Shown: positions 26,085-35,782 of the stretch, piece by piece
Layout: the number at the start of each line of letters is the position of its first letter
How positions within the stretch are numbered: the stretch's first letter is position 1
NCBI GenBank assembly: GCA_016932835.1
Contig: JAFGCD010000070.1
Location: 1,248 to 65,247, forward strand
Origin: Sedimentisphaerales bacterium
GTDB lineage: Bacteria; Planctomycetota; Phycisphaerae; Sedimentisphaerales; Anaerobacaceae
DNA length: 64,000 bases
Reading direction: 5' to 3'
Notes under the pieces: model-generated
Told to the model about the DNA's origin: nothing
The model's database searches: none
What the model saw: the letters and a program-made list of their open reading frames with translations, nothing else
Translations under genes and position numbers: made by a program

Positions 26085-28676
26085 TTAGACCTTCGCGAAA
26101 TCGAATTTGTGTGACTTGGCATCGACTTTGATTTTGTCGCCGTCGGTGAAGTTGCCGGCGAGCAGTTCGGCGGCGAGTGCATTTTCTATTCGCTGCTGAA
26201 TTGTCCGCTTGAGCGGCCTGGCGCCGAATGCAGGGTCGTAGCCCTCGTCCATGATTTGATCCCGCGCGGCGTCGGTGAACTCCAGCGTAATGTTCCTGGC
26301 TTTGAGTCGGTCCGCAAGGTATCGCAGTTGTATCTCGACGATTTTTGCGAGGTTTTCCCTGGTAAGCATGTGGAACACTATCATCTCGTCGATTCGGTTG
26401 AGAAACTCGGGGGTAAAGGCCTGCTTGAGGACGTCTTTGACGTGCGCTTCGATTTCCCAGTCTGCCCCGGCTTCCTCGGTGAGCTTCTGTATTTCAAAGC
26501 TGGCGAGGTTGCTGGTCATGATTATTACGGTGTTCTTGAAGTCGACGGTTCTTCCTTTGCCGTTTGTAAGCCTGCCGTCGTCGAAGACCTGGAGCAGTAT
26601 ATTAAAGACGTCCGGATGGGCCTTTTCTACTTCGTCGAGCAGTATTACGGAGTATGGTTTCCTTCGGACGGCTTCTGTGAGCCTTCCTCCTTCGTCGTAG
26701 CCAACGTAGCCTGGAGGGGCGCCTATAAGACGTGCGACAGAATGCGGCTCCATGAATTCGCTCATGTCGATTCGGACCATGGCGTTGGGGTCGTTGAACA
26801 GGAAATCTGCGAGCGCTTTTGCGAGTTCGGTTTTTCCGACGCCTGTCGGGCCGAGGAAGAGGAACGTTCCTATGGGCCTGCTGGGGTCTCCGAGTCCTGA
26901 GCGACTTCTTCGAACGGCGTTGCACAGCGCACTTACGCCTTCATCCTGCCCGACGACACGCCGGCGGATCTGTTCTTCCATCTTAATCAGCCGTTCCCTT
27001 TCTCCGCTGAGCAGCCTGGCGACGGGGATGTTCGTCCATTTCGCCACGACCTGTGCGATGTGCTCCTCGGTGACTTCGTTGTGGAGCATCTTGCCGTTTG
27101 CCGATTTAGCCAGGTCCGCCTCTTTTTGTTCGAGTTCTTGCTTGAGATTGGTAATCGTCTCGTATTTGAGGCGTGCGGCTTTTTCGAGTTCACCTTTTCG
27201 CTGGGCTTCTTCGAATTGTGTCTTTGCGGTTTCGAGCTGCTGCTTGATTTCCTTTATGTGGTCGATGTTGCCCTTCTCGCCCTGCCATCGTGCGGTAAGT
27301 TCCTTGTCCTGGTTCTGGAGGTCGGCGAGCTGCTTCTCTGTTTTCTTGAGTCTCTCCTTGCTTGCGGGGTCCGGCTCTTTCTTCAGTGCTTCCCGCTCGA
27401 TCTGGAGCTGAATGATCTTTCTTCGTATTCCGTCGAGCTCCGCCGGGAGCGAGTCGTTTTCTATTCGCAGCTTCGATGCGGCTTCGTCGATCAGGTCGAT
27501 GGCCTTGTCCGGCAGCCACCTGTCGGTGATATATCGGTTCGACAATGTTGCTGCAGCGACGAGAGCGGCGTCTGTGATTCTGACGCCGTGGTGCGTATCG
27601 TAGCGGCCCTTGAGTCCTCGCAGTATTGCGATTGTCTCCTCGACGCTTGGCGGGTCGATCGTTATAGGCTGGAACCGGCGTTCGAGGGCGGCGTCGGTTT
27701 CGATGTACTTGCGGTATTCGTCTATTGTTGTGGCGCCGATGCAGCGGAGTTCTCCCCTTGCCAGTGAGGGTTTGAGGAGGTTGCCTGCGTCAACGGAGCC
27801 TTCGGCTTTTCCGGCGCCTACGACGGTATGCAGCTCGTCGATGAACAGGATGATCTGCCCCTCGGCGGCGATGACTTCTTTTAGGACGGCCTTGAGACGA
27901 TCTTCGAATTCGCCGCGAAACTTCGTGCCGGCGATGAGTGCGCCCATGTCCAGTGCGATAATGGTCTTGTTCTGCAGTCCTGCCGGGACGTCACCGGCCA
28001 CTATTCTCTGTGCAAGGCCCTCTACGATGGCGGTTTTGCCGACGCCCGGCTCGCCGATGAGAACGGGGTTGTTCTTCGTTCTGCGATTGAGGACCTGCAT
28101 GCACCGACGGATTTCCTCGTCCCTTCCTATTACGGGATCGAGCTTTCCCTTCCGGGCCATGTCGAACAGGTCGATTCCGAATCGCTCGAGTGTTTTGTAT
28201 TTTGCCTCCGGGCTCTGGTCGGTGACTTTCTCGCCTCCTCGGATGTCCTTCAGTGCGGAGAGGATTTGTTCGGGTTTAACGGAATTCAGGCCGAGGAGTT
28301 CTTTTGCGGGGCTGTCTATCGATGCGAGCGAAATCAGCATGTGTTCGGTGCTGAGGTAGTCGTCGCCCATTTTGTCGGCCTGGTTCTGCGCATCGAGAAC
28401 AATCTGTGTCATCGCCGGGTCGGGCATAAGCTGGGTCGGCGCCGCCGGGGCGGTTCCCTGCGGCAGTCGGTTCAACTCGCTTTCCGTCATATCCTTGATT
28501 CGTTTGACATTGGCGCCGATTTTCTTGAGTATCATTACAACGATGCCTTCATCGTCATTTGTCAGCGCGCTGAGAAGGTGCAGGGCCGTCAGAACCGTAT
28601 GGGATTTGGCCATTACGGTCTGCTGGGCCGTCGCCAACGCCTCCTGTGCTTTCAATGTAAATTTGTCGAATTTCAT
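26085..28676 (-). CDS. clpB: ATP-dependent chaperone ClpB
   Basis: Clp N-domain, two AAA+ modules (Walker A GEPGVGKT and GPTGVGKT), a long M-domain coiled coil, and the C-terminal D2-small domain. The ATG at 28676 ([14 protein letters not shown]) has GAGGA 9 nt upstream. The ORF-track start at 28685 is TTG. Confidence 0.97.
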   Translation of the reverse strand: MKFDKFTLKAQEALATAQQTVMAKSHTVLTALHLLSALTNDDEGIVVMILKKIGANVKRIKDMTESELNRLPQGTAPAAPTQLMPDPAMTQIVLDAQNQADKMGDDYLSTEHMLISLASIDSPAKELLGLNSVKPEQILSALKDIRGGEKVTDQSPEAKYKTLERFGIDLFDMARKGKLDPVIGRDEEIRRCMQVLNRRTKNNPVLIGEPGVGKTAIVEGLAQRIVAGDVPAGLQNKTIIALDMGALIAGTKFRGEFEDRLKAVLKEVIAAEGQIILFIDELHTVVGAGKAEGSVDAGNLLKPSLARGELRCIGATTIDEYRKYIETDAALERRFQPITIDPPSVEETIAILRGLKGRYDTHHGVRITDAALVAAATLSNRYITDRWLPDKAIDLIDEAASKLRIENDSLPAELDGIRRKIIQLQIEREALKKEPDPASKERLKKTEKQLADLQNQDKELTARWQGEKGNIDHIKEIKQQLETAKTQFEEAQRKGELEKAARLKYETITNLKQELEQKEADLAKSANGKMLHNEVTEEHIAQVVAKWTNIPVARLLSGERERLIKMEEQIRRRVVGQDEGVSALCNAVRRSRSGLGDPSRPIGTFLFLGPTGVGKTELAKALADFLFNDPNAMVRIDMSEFMEPHSVARLIGAPPGYVGYDEGGRLTEAVRRKPYSVILLDEVEKAHPDVFNILLQVFDDGRLTNGKGRTVDFKNTVIIMTSNLASFEIQKLTEEAGADWEIEAHVKDVLKQAFTPEFLNRIDEMIVFHMLTRENLAKIVEIQLRYLADRLKARNITLEFTDAARDQIMDEGYDPAFGARPLKRTIQQRIENALAAELLAGNFTDGDKIKVDAKSHKFDFAKV

Positions 28677-28764
28677 ATCAATCAATCCTCACTTTCATGC
28701 CGGCGCAATGCGCCCGCCTTGATACTTGTTAAGGATGTATGTGCAAACAGCGTGCCGGGATCGA

Positions 28765-28793
28765 CCCTAAATTGTAAAATATTGTATTGCAAG
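28765..28793 (-). promoter_or_regulatory. Candidate sigma70-type promoter for clpB (TTGCAA-17-TAGGGT)
   Basis: On the minus strand, TTGCAA (28793-28788), a 17-nt AT-rich spacer, then TAGGGT (28770-28765). It lies about 90 nt upstream of the clpB ATG. Pattern match only. Confidence 0.3.
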
Positions 28794-28952
28794 GTTTTAC
28801 GATTAGAGTGGGGCGGTCCTGATGTGCCATTTTGGCAGGCCGATGGTTGGGGATAATGTGCGTCCGACCACTTGAGGCGGCATTCTACTACAGATTGTTT
28901 GTCATTCCAGGTTGAATTCGGGCCGCGACCGCATGAGAGCGGGCGAATCCGT

Positions 28953-30359
28953 CTATTCGTGTCTGTAGATTTCCCAGCCCATGTAGTTTCCGAGGGCCTC
29001 GGTAATCGGGTCGGCCTTTTGTGAAATGTTGACGGCGACGTGGTGCTCGAATCCCATCGTGCAGATATACTGCATGAGGTCCTGGAGGTTCTGTATTCTC
29101 ATGACACCGTATCCGCCGAAGGTATCGAGCTTGTCGTTTGTGAATTGTCCCTGGCCGACGTATGCGCTTATTACTCCGGAGGCATCGTCGGTGGTGGTTC
29201 GGCAGAATGTGGCCTTGTTTGGCGCGATTCTCCCGACGACTGTTCCGTATGTGTTCTTCTTGCCGACCGACCCTGCGATGATGGCCTGGTAGTCCATAGC
29301 CGATGACTTGAAAAAGGACTTCGGCAGATTGGAGCAGTGGAAGAGGACGCATTTATCGGGGTCGTCGGCGTAGTTATTGTTCCAGTCGAGCAGGGCGCTG
29401 GGCGTGCCCGAGGCGAGCTGGAGGATGTGCATTGCCAGCAGCCCCGTGATATCGACTTCGCAGGCGCTGGGCATGAGTGATTCGCTCATCATGCTCATTA
29501 GCGTGCAGGGGACAATGCCGAAAAACTCTTCGAGACTGGTCCAGCACTGGATTGCGGTTCCTGCAAGGTCGTTGTCTGCGACCCATCGGTCTATTACATG
29601 GCCGAACTTCGCCATCTTCATCAGCGGTTCGGCGGGGATTTTCTTTATCGGGATGTATTTCCTGATGGAGTCGAGCTTGGCCTTGACGGCTTTGTCGCTA
29701 TCGGCGAGGCGGTCCACCATTCCGAGGATTTCGGAGAGGTCTATCGTCTCAATGGCGATTCCGGATAGTTCGAGTATCTTTTCGCTATACCGAACGGTGT
29801 TGAATGCTCCGGTGCGGGCGCCGATTGCCCCGTAGCGGACGTTTTTGAGTCCTCGAACGATCCTGCAAACCGAGGCGAAGTCGTCGAGCTCGCGCTTGAA
29901 CTCGGCGGAGTTAAGCTTGACGGTGTGCGAGAGGGTGAGCGAATATGGTATTCCGGCCTGCCTGAGGTTGTTGCATACGCTGATTTTGCCGCAGAAGGAG
30001 TCGCGCCTATTTGCGAGGGTCATTTTATTCTGCGTATCAGCCTCGGCGTGGATGAGGATTGGGACGTTAAGGCCGGAGCGTTTGATTGTTTCAGCGACGC
30101 CTTTTTCATCGCCGAAGTTGGGGAGGGTGACTATTATTCCGTCTATCTTGTCGCTGTTTTGGGCGAAGAGCTCGGCGCACTTCTTGGCGTCGTCATAGGT
30201 CTCGACAGCGCCGTATTTCGTCTGCTGCATGGACAGGGCGACGGAGTCGAAGCCGGTTTTTTTGAGCAGGTCGAGTATGTCTTTTCTGCCTTGTTTTGCG
30301 AGCGCATCCGGGAAGAAGCCTCGATTTCCGACGATTACTGCGAATGTAGTCTTTTTCAT
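28953..30359 (-). CDS. L-fucose/L-arabinose isomerase family protein (FucI-like, COG2407-type); the operon context suggests L-arabinose isomerase
   Basis: MKKTTFAVIVGNRGFFPDALAKQGRKDILDLL...IDGIIVTLPNFGDEKG matches the short FucI-like family, not the E. coli AraA type. The ATG at 30359 has AGGAG 8 nt upstream. It is the last gene of the symporter-araB-araD operon. Confidence 0.8.
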   Translation of the reverse strand: MKKTTFAVIVGNRGFFPDALAKQGRKDILDLLKKTGFDSVALSMQQTKYGAVETYDDAKKCAELFAQNSDKIDGIIVTLPNFGDEKGVAETIKRSGLNVPILIHAEADTQNKMTLANRRDSFCGKISVCNNLRQAGIPYSLTLSHTVKLNSAEFKRELDDFASVCRIVRGLKNVRYGAIGARTGAFNTVRYSEKILELSGIAIETIDLSEILGMVDRLADSDKAVKAKLDSIRKYIPIKKIPAEPLMKMAKFGHVIDRWVADNDLAGTAIQCWTSLEEFFGIVPCTLMSMMSESLMPSACEVDITGLLAMHILQLASGTPSALLDWNNNYADDPDKCVLFHCSNLPKSFFKSSAMDYQAIIAGSVGKKNTYGTVVGRIAPNKATFCRTTTDDASGVISAYVGQGQFTNDKLDTFGGYGVMRIQNLQDLMQYICTMGFEHHVAVNISQKADPITEALGNYMGWEIYRHE

Positions 30360-30412
30360 TTTCGTCACTCCTGTTCTCAATGGTTCCGAGCGATTGCTCA
30401 GTTTGTGTCTTT

Positions 30413-31120
30413 CTATTTCTGCCCGTAGTAGGCGTTCTTACCGTGTTTTCTCAGATAGTGTTTGTCCAGCAGGGCTTTGTTTATTGGGCCCTGTTGGGGG
30501 TTTATAGTTATCGTGTCGATTGCCATTTTTGCGGTCTGTTCGAGTACGACCATCGACTCGACTGCTTTGGCGGCATCTTGTCCCCATGTGAAGGGGCCGT
30601 GGTTTGCGACGAGGACCGCGGGGACCTCTGCCGGGTCGAGGTCGGCGAATCGCTGTACTATTGCCTTTCCGGTGTTTAGTTCGTAGTCGTTTTTGATTGC
30701 GTTTTCCATCATTGGTTCTGTTGTAGGGACCGGGCCGTAGTAGAAATCGGCGTGCGTGGTGCCGAAGCAGGGAATCTCCCTGCACGCCTGGGCCCAGGCG
30801 GTAGCGGCGGGGGCGTGTGTGTGGCAGACGGCTCCTATATTTTTGAAGCTCCTGTAGAGTTCCAGATGGGTTGGTGTGTCGGAAGAGGGGTTGAAATCGC
30901 CGTCGATGATATTGCCGTCGAGGTCGAGCAGGACGATCTTTTCAGGCGTGAGACTGTCGTATTCGACTCCGCTGGGCTTGATTGCGACGACACCGGCTTC
31001 TCGATCGATTGCGCTGACGTTGCCCCAACTGTATATTACGAGGTTATGCGCGGGAAGCTGCATATTGGCCCGGCAGACGGCCTTTCTGATTTGCTCGTGC
31101 ATAATAGGGCTGTCAGGCAT
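30413..31120 (-). CDS. araD: L-ribulose-5-phosphate 4-epimerase
   Basis: Class II aldolase/AraD motifs: WGNVSAIDREAGVVAIKPSGVEYDSL, SSDTPTHLELY, CHTHAPAATAWAQA. The start overlaps the araB stop by 8 nt. Confidence 0.93.
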   Translation of the reverse strand: MPDSPIMHEQIRKAVCRANMQLPAHNLVIYSWGNVSAIDREAGVVAIKPSGVEYDSLTPEKIVLLDLDGNIIDGDFNPSSDTPTHLELYRSFKNIGAVCHTHAPAATAWAQACREIPCFGTTHADFYYGPVPTTEPMMENAIKNDYELNTGKAIVQRFADLDPAEVPAVLVANHGPFTWGQDAAKAVESMVVLEQTAKMAIDTITINPQQGPINKALLDKHYLRKHGKNAYYGQK

Positions 31121-32783
31121 TTGCGGCGTCCTTGATGTTGAGAAGTTGCTTCATTAGGTTTCCGAGTTGGGCGGATGAGTCTGCGAGTCCGAAGGCGTCG
31201 TGCAGTTGCTTGTAGAGGGCGTAAAGTTTTTCGTAAATCTGCCTATTCTCGGCGATGGGTTTGAAGGTTATGTCCTTTATTCCGCACATTGCGTTCTGGG
31301 CATCGGCGAAGTTATTGTATCCGCCCGCCTTTGTACCGGCGACGACCGCGCCTGCGATTGCCGAGCCGAGCGCGCAACTCTGGGCCGAGCGGGAGATCTT
31401 CATTTCACGCCCCGTGACATCGGCGTATATCTGCATCAGCAGGGGATTTTTCTCTGCGATTCCGCCGCAGTTGACGACTTCCGATACGGTGACGCCGTAT
31501 TCCTCGAACCTGTTTATTATGGTCAACGCGCCGAAGGCGGTGGCTTCGATGAGTGCGCGGTATATTTCTTCTGGTTTTGTGTGGAGGGTCTGGCCGAGGA
31601 GCAGGCCTGTCAATCTCTGGTCAACGAGTATTGTCCTGTTGCCGTTGTTCCAGTCGAGCGCGAGCAATCCCGATTGGCCCGGCTTGAGTTTAGCGGCCTT
31701 TTCGGTGAGGGCTTCGTGCGAATCCGAGGAGACGTAATTCACGAACCAGTTGAAGATATCCCCGACGGCCGATTGCCCCGCTTCAAGGCCGAAGAAGCCC
31801 GGCAGGATGGAGCCATCTACGATGCCGCAGATACCGGGGATATCCGCCAGCGGCTGCGCCGAATCGGCGACGAGCATATCGCAGGTGCTCGTTCCGATGA
31901 TTTTTACGAGCTTGCCCGGTGCTATTCCGGAGCCGACGGCTCCGAGGTGGGCGTCGAAGGCGCCGACCGCAACGGGTATCCCGGCCTTGAGGCCGAGCTT
32001 GGCGGCCCATTCGGCTGTGAGGTCGCCGGCTTTGGTATCAACCGTGTACGTCTCCGTGTAAAGTCTGTCGCGGAGCATGCCGAGTTTCGGGTCGAGGTTT
32101 GCGAGGAAATCTTTCGCAGGCAGTCCGCCCCAGCCGGCGTTGAACATTGCCTTGTGTCCTGCGGCGCACCGGCTCGGCTTGATTTTTTCGGGCTTCTCGG
32201 TTCCTGTGAGCACTGCGGGGATGTAATCGCAGCATTCCACCCATGTGTAAGCTGCGTCGAATACCTTCGGGTCCGTTCGCAGGCAGTGGAGTATCTTGCT
32301 GAAGAACCATTCCGAAGAGTATGTGCTGCCGCACTTAGCCAGGTACTCTGGGTGTTGCTTCTCGGCGAGTTGTGTAATCTCGGCGGCTTCTGCGTAGCCT
32401 GTGTGGTCCTTCCAAAGCCAGGCATGGGCGTTGGGGTTGTCCTTGAATTCATCGAGCATTGCCAGCGGTCTGCCGGTCTGGGTTACGGGCAGAGGCGTCG
32501 ATCCTGTGGTATCGATTCCGATTCCTATTACGGATGCGGGGTCGAAGTCTTTAGAAGCCTTTTTTGCCTTTGCGATCGCCTGCGTTACGGTTACTTCTAT
32601 TCCCTTAACGTAGTCTGCGGGATTCTGCCTGGCAAGGTTGTGGTCGGAAGAGTCGAGAATTATGCCTGCGTCGCCCGTTTCATATTCATAGATTGCCGCA
32701 GCCAACTCGTTTCCGTCGGCGACATCTACAATAATGCAGCGGACGGAGTTCGTGCCGTAATCCAAGCCAATTGTGTAAGCCAT
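31113..32783 (-). CDS. araB: Ribulokinase (FGGY family)
   Basis: MAYTIGLDYGTNSVRCIIVD... with length (~556 aa) and internal motifs (GIGIDTTGSTPLPV; GGIAEKNPLLMQIYADVTG) typical of AraB. The ATG at 32783 has AAGGA upstream. Confidence 0.93.
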   Translation of the reverse strand: MAYTIGLDYGTNSVRCIIVDVADGNELAAAIYEYETGDAGIILDSSDHNLARQNPADYVKGIEVTVTQAIAKAKKASKDFDPASVIGIGIDTTGSTPLPVTQTGRPLAMLDEFKDNPNAHAWLWKDHTGYAEAAEITQLAEKQHPEYLAKCGSTYSSEWFFSKILHCLRTDPKVFDAAYTWVECCDYIPAVLTGTEKPEKIKPSRCAAGHKAMFNAGWGGLPAKDFLANLDPKLGMLRDRLYTETYTVDTKAGDLTAEWAAKLGLKAGIPVAVGAFDAHLGAVGSGIAPGKLVKIIGTSTCDMLVADSAQPLADIPGICGIVDGSILPGFFGLEAGQSAVGDIFNWFVNYVSSDSHEALTEKAAKLKPGQSGLLALDWNNGNRTILVDQRLTGLLLGQTLHTKPEEIYRALIEATAFGALTIINRFEEYGVTVSEVVNCGGIAEKNPLLMQIYADVTGREMKISRSAQSCALGSAIAGAVVAGTKAGGYNNFADAQNAMCGIKDITFKPIAENRQIYEKLYALYKQLHDAFGLADSSAQLGNLMKQLLNIKDAANA

Positions 32784-32848
32784 TTCAATCAATCCTTAAT
32801 GAAAGACGGCGAACAGATGTTCGCGAACGGTATTGAGCATTCTTAGAA

Positions 32849-34597
32849 TTATCCGGTGAAGTAGAGATACGCTGCGACAATAACGGCGAGGAGCAACACC
32901 GATAGGACAACATCCCTGTAGTTCCAGCTTGCCCGCGATTTTTCGCGGTCCTCGGCGGTGAGGGTGCCATAAGTAAGACCCTTGATTTTTTCGTACGAGG
33001 GCGGATCGGTTAAATAACTGACGATGACCATCACGATGATGCAGACAATGAAAATCAACAGACTGTAATACTGGAAGAACATATTGTTCATAATCCAGAG
33101 GAAAGAACCTTCGGGATAGGAACGTCCGAGCAACTTGACGGGCGTATCAATGGCCAAACGCAGGAGACCCATCCCGAATCCGACAATGAGGGCCGACAGA
33201 CAACCTTTGCTGTTGAGGCGTTTCATGAATACCCCAAGGAAAAAGACGACGAAAATGGGCGGCGCCAAGTAACCCTGGACGGTCTGAAGATAGTCATAAA
33301 GCCCCTTTCCGCCGCGGATTACGGGAATCCAGAGCAAACCGATCAGTACCATGATTGCCGTCGCGACTCGTCCGACCCAGACGAGATGGTGCTGAGAGAC
33401 TTTCGGTCTGAACTTGCTGTAGAAGTCCATCGTGAACAGGGTGGACGAGGCATTGAAACAACCTGCCAAAGAACTCATAAGGGCGGCAAGTAAACCAGCC
33501 ACAACAATTCCGCGAATGCCTGTGGGCAGGACTGTACGGACGAGTAGGGGGAATGCTTGCTGACAATGCTCGCGGACTACTTGTCCATTACTATCGAAGA
33601 GAACCTCACGGATGGCCGGAGCTTTGCTGCTCTGCGCCAGGGCAAAACATATCATTCCAGGGATAATGAAGATGAACACGGGCAGGAGCTTGAGGAATCC
33701 GGAACAGATCGAACCTCTGCGAGCTTCCCGTTCATCGGGAGCGCCGAGCACCCGCTGAACGATATATTGGTCTGTGCACCAGTACCAGAGGCCGATGATA
33801 GGGGCACAAAAGAGCATTCCCAACCAGGGATAGTTGTCGTTGAAATACCAAGCCATTTTACCGGTCTCTTTGACGGGGGCCCAAGTGCTCTCTACACCTT
33901 CGGGAACGAGGGGCTTCCAGAGGTTGAACATGTCGGAGCCGAGAATCTCTCGCAGTTGGCCCCACCCCCCAAGGGCTCGGAGACCGAAAATTGTCACCAA
34001 TATGGATCCTACAACCAGAATGACCGTTTGGATGACATCGTTATATGCAACCGCTCGAAGTCCTCCGAGGATGGTATAAACACCGGTCAGGATGATGACG
34101 AGAATAGAGCCAATCCAAAAACTGTCCAGGCCCATGAAGTTTATGTCAGGCATCAAGACACTGAAGACGATTCCGCCGGCGAAGATGCCCACTGCGATCT
34201 TAGTCAGAACGTATGCCACCAGGGAAATAAGCGAGAGTACCCATCGAGCTGTTGGTGAGAATCTTCTCTCGAGAAACTCTGGCATGGTGAAGACCCTCGA
34301 GCGCATATAGAAGGGAACCATTACCCAGCCGAGAATGAGCAGACACCAGGCGTGGAGTTCGTAGTGGGCCATAGCCACACCGTCCGTGCAGCCGGAGCCG
34401 GCAAGCCCGACGAGGTGTTCGGAGCCGATGTTGGAGGCGAAGATTGATGCGCCGACAACCCACCATGCGAGGTTTCTGCCTGCGAGGAAGTAGTCATCGG
34501 CTGTGTCTTTGTTTCTGAGAATAACCCACCACGCGATGCCGAGAATAAGGGCGAAATACGCGCCTACAGCGATCCAGTCGATAGTCTCAAGGTTCAT
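32849..34597 (-). CDS. Sodium:solute symporter (SSS/SGLT-type sugar transporter)
   Basis: 582 aa and polytopic. The N-terminus (DYFLAGRNLAWWVVGASIFASNIGSEHLVGLAGSG) is the SSS family signature. It is the first gene of the arabinose operon. Confidence 0.93.
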   Translation of the reverse strand: MNLETIDWIAVGAYFALILGIAWWVILRNKDTADDYFLAGRNLAWWVVGASIFASNIGSEHLVGLAGSGCTDGVAMAHYELHAWCLLILGWVMVPFYMRSRVFTMPEFLERRFSPTARWVLSLISLVAYVLTKIAVGIFAGGIVFSVLMPDINFMGLDSFWIGSILVIILTGVYTILGGLRAVAYNDVIQTVILVVGSILVTIFGLRALGGWGQLREILGSDMFNLWKPLVPEGVESTWAPVKETGKMAWYFNDNYPWLGMLFCAPIIGLWYWCTDQYIVQRVLGAPDEREARRGSICSGFLKLLPVFIFIIPGMICFALAQSSKAPAIREVLFDSNGQVVREHCQQAFPLLVRTVLPTGIRGIVVAGLLAALMSSLAGCFNASSTLFTMDFYSKFRPKVSQHHLVWVGRVATAIMVLIGLLWIPVIRGGKGLYDYLQTVQGYLAPPIFVVFFLGVFMKRLNSKGCLSALIVGFGMGLLRLAIDTPVKLLGRSYPEGSFLWIMNNMFFQYYSLLIFIVCIIVMVIVSYLTDPPSYEKIKGLTYGTLTAEDREKSRASWNYRDVVLSVLLLAVIVAAYLYFTG

Positions 34598-34600
34598 ATA

Positions 34601-34849
34601 TTACCTTTCCGAAGATGTTAACAATAAAATGCCGGTCTTTGTTTTCCGGCAGGCGAGGTCACTAATGTACTGGGCGTCAATATTGGAAGCGAATATGGAG
34701 GCTCCGATAACGAACCATGGCATGTGTCTTCCCGCGAGGAAGTAGTCTGTCGAGGATTGCTGCCTCTGCCTCATTATCCAGAAGGCGATTCCCATTATTA
34801 GTGCGAAATAGGAGGCAATTACAATCCAGTCTATGGTATCGAAACTCAT
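34601..34849 (-). pseudogene. Remnant of a paralogous SSS symporter gene (N-terminal ~57 codons only)
   Basis: MSFDTIDWIVIASYFALIMGIAFWIMRQRQQSSTDYFLAGRHMPWFVIGASIFASNI aligns at roughly 55% identity by eye to residues 1-57 of the adjacent full-length symporter. It then diverges into non-membrane sequence and stops 3 nt before that gene's ATG. The same GAAAGGTAA ribosome-binding context precedes both ATGs. Confidence 0.6.
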
Positions 34850-34879
34850 TGCTTACCTTTCAAGATAAATTGGCAATCC

Positions 34880-34897
34880 CGGAACTGCATTGTTCCG
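34880..34897. promoter_or_regulatory. Inverted repeat CGGAAC-N6-GTTCCG upstream of the arabinose operon
   Basis: A perfect 6+6 inverted repeat, read directly. It lies 31-48 nt upstream of the remnant's ATG, in the only sizeable intergenic region upstream of the operon. Confidence 0.35.
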
Positions 34898-35172
34898 AAT
34901 TTTCCGATTTTACCGCCTTGTTGGCGGGTTTCAAGCCCGGTTTTGGTAAATTCTGACTATTACTGCTCAGCCCATGAACAGTCCCGGCAGCATCGATTCA
35001 CGATCCAAGGTGCTGAAATCCCGCAAAAGCTTCAAAATCGTTAGCCACCCACAGACATTTACGCCGGCGTACCAGGGTTTTTTTGGGGTTCTTCCCTATT
35101 TGAACGGCTTTTTATGTCGATAATCAGGATATAGAGCTTGATCGCATAAGGTTCAAACAGGAGACAAAGCCG

Positions 35173-35631
35173 ATGAGAACGAGAAAGGGTATTATTGGTA
35201 TTGTTGGGGGCTTTATAGCATGCCTGGTGCTGGTTTGGTGTTCCGGCGTTATCGAGGGCTACGAAAGGACTTATGAGGTTCGACCGGAGATACGACTGCC
35301 TGAGCAGAGGACCGATGCCGCGCGTGCGATAGACGCCTACGAACGCCTCATGGAGCGGTATATAACGTTGAGCGAGAAGAACTTCGGCGGTATCAGCGGG
35401 GATTTGAAGGGGGTTAATCAGAAGCTGGATGCTATCGACCGGAAACTTACCGGTTTTGATTTGCGGCTCGGACGGATTGAGAAGGCGCTTGGCATCGAGG
35501 CTCCGAAAGTCCCAATCGTCGCGGAAAAGATCCCGAAGTCACCCGAGGGTGGGACGAGTAAGCCGACCGGCGAGGCTGAGCAATCGCGCAAGGGCGGCAA
35601 GGCTGGGAGTGGGGAGAGCTATTCGTTTTGA
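35173..35631 (+). CDS. Hypothetical membrane-anchored coiled-coil protein
   Basis: AGGAG lies 9 nt upstream of the ATG. N-terminal TM segment IIGIVGGFIACLVLVWCSGVI, a central heptad-like segment (LKGVNQKLDAIDRKLTGFDLRLGRIEKAL), and a disordered Gly/Lys/Glu tail. Confidence 0.55.
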   Translation: MRTRKGIIGIVGGFIACLVLVWCSGVIEGYERTYEVRPEIRLPEQRTDAARAIDAYERLMERYITLSEKNFGGISGDLKGVNQKLDAIDRKLTGFDLRLGRIEKALGIEAPKVPIVAEKIPKSPEGGTSKPTGEAEQSRKGGKAGSGESYSF

Positions 35632-35656
35632 AGTCGGCGGGGGGATACTGCGGTCT

Positions 35657-35681
35657 GAGAAGAAAAGGCAGTCGGCCTGCC
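35657..35681 (-). terminator. Candidate intrinsic terminator downstream of the GNAT gene
   Basis: The minus strand reads AGGCAG-GCCGA-CTGCCT followed by TTTCTTCTC. This is a 6-bp stem with a modest U-tract, about 100 nt past the GNAT stop. Confidence 0.3.
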
Positions 35682-35782
35682 TCGTCTATATGCCATCTTC
35701 TAATTCAGAGACCTTTTTGCCCTATTCTTACTGACGAGATATACTTTCCGTCGTGTAATGCTCCCTTGCCCTTTTTCGCGTT

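Noticed and set aside
28677-28952. Heat-shock control elements (CIRCE or a sigma32-type promoter) upstream of clpB
   Set aside because: There is no TTAGCACTC-N9-GAGTGCTAA. A CCCCACTCT box on the minus strand has no acceptable CTTGAAA-like -35 at 13-15 nt spacing. Only a generic sigma70-like candidate is retained.
31200-32846. 548-aa plus-strand ORF opposite araB. Similar long antisense ORFs lie at 47549-48787, 15146-15997, 7244-8086, 12068-12946, 45117-45992 and 26256-28856.
   Set aside because: All lie antisense to genes with clear family motifs, lack RBSs, and have Gly/Arg/Val-biased composition. They are shadow ORFs.
34601-34849. Reading the 82-aa ORF as a genuine small accessory subunit of the symporter (DUF485/DUF4212-like)
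   Set aside because: It is homologous to TM1 and the family signature of the SSS transporter itself, and it loses similarity abruptly. This is the pattern of a truncated paralogue, not of the known small-subunit families.
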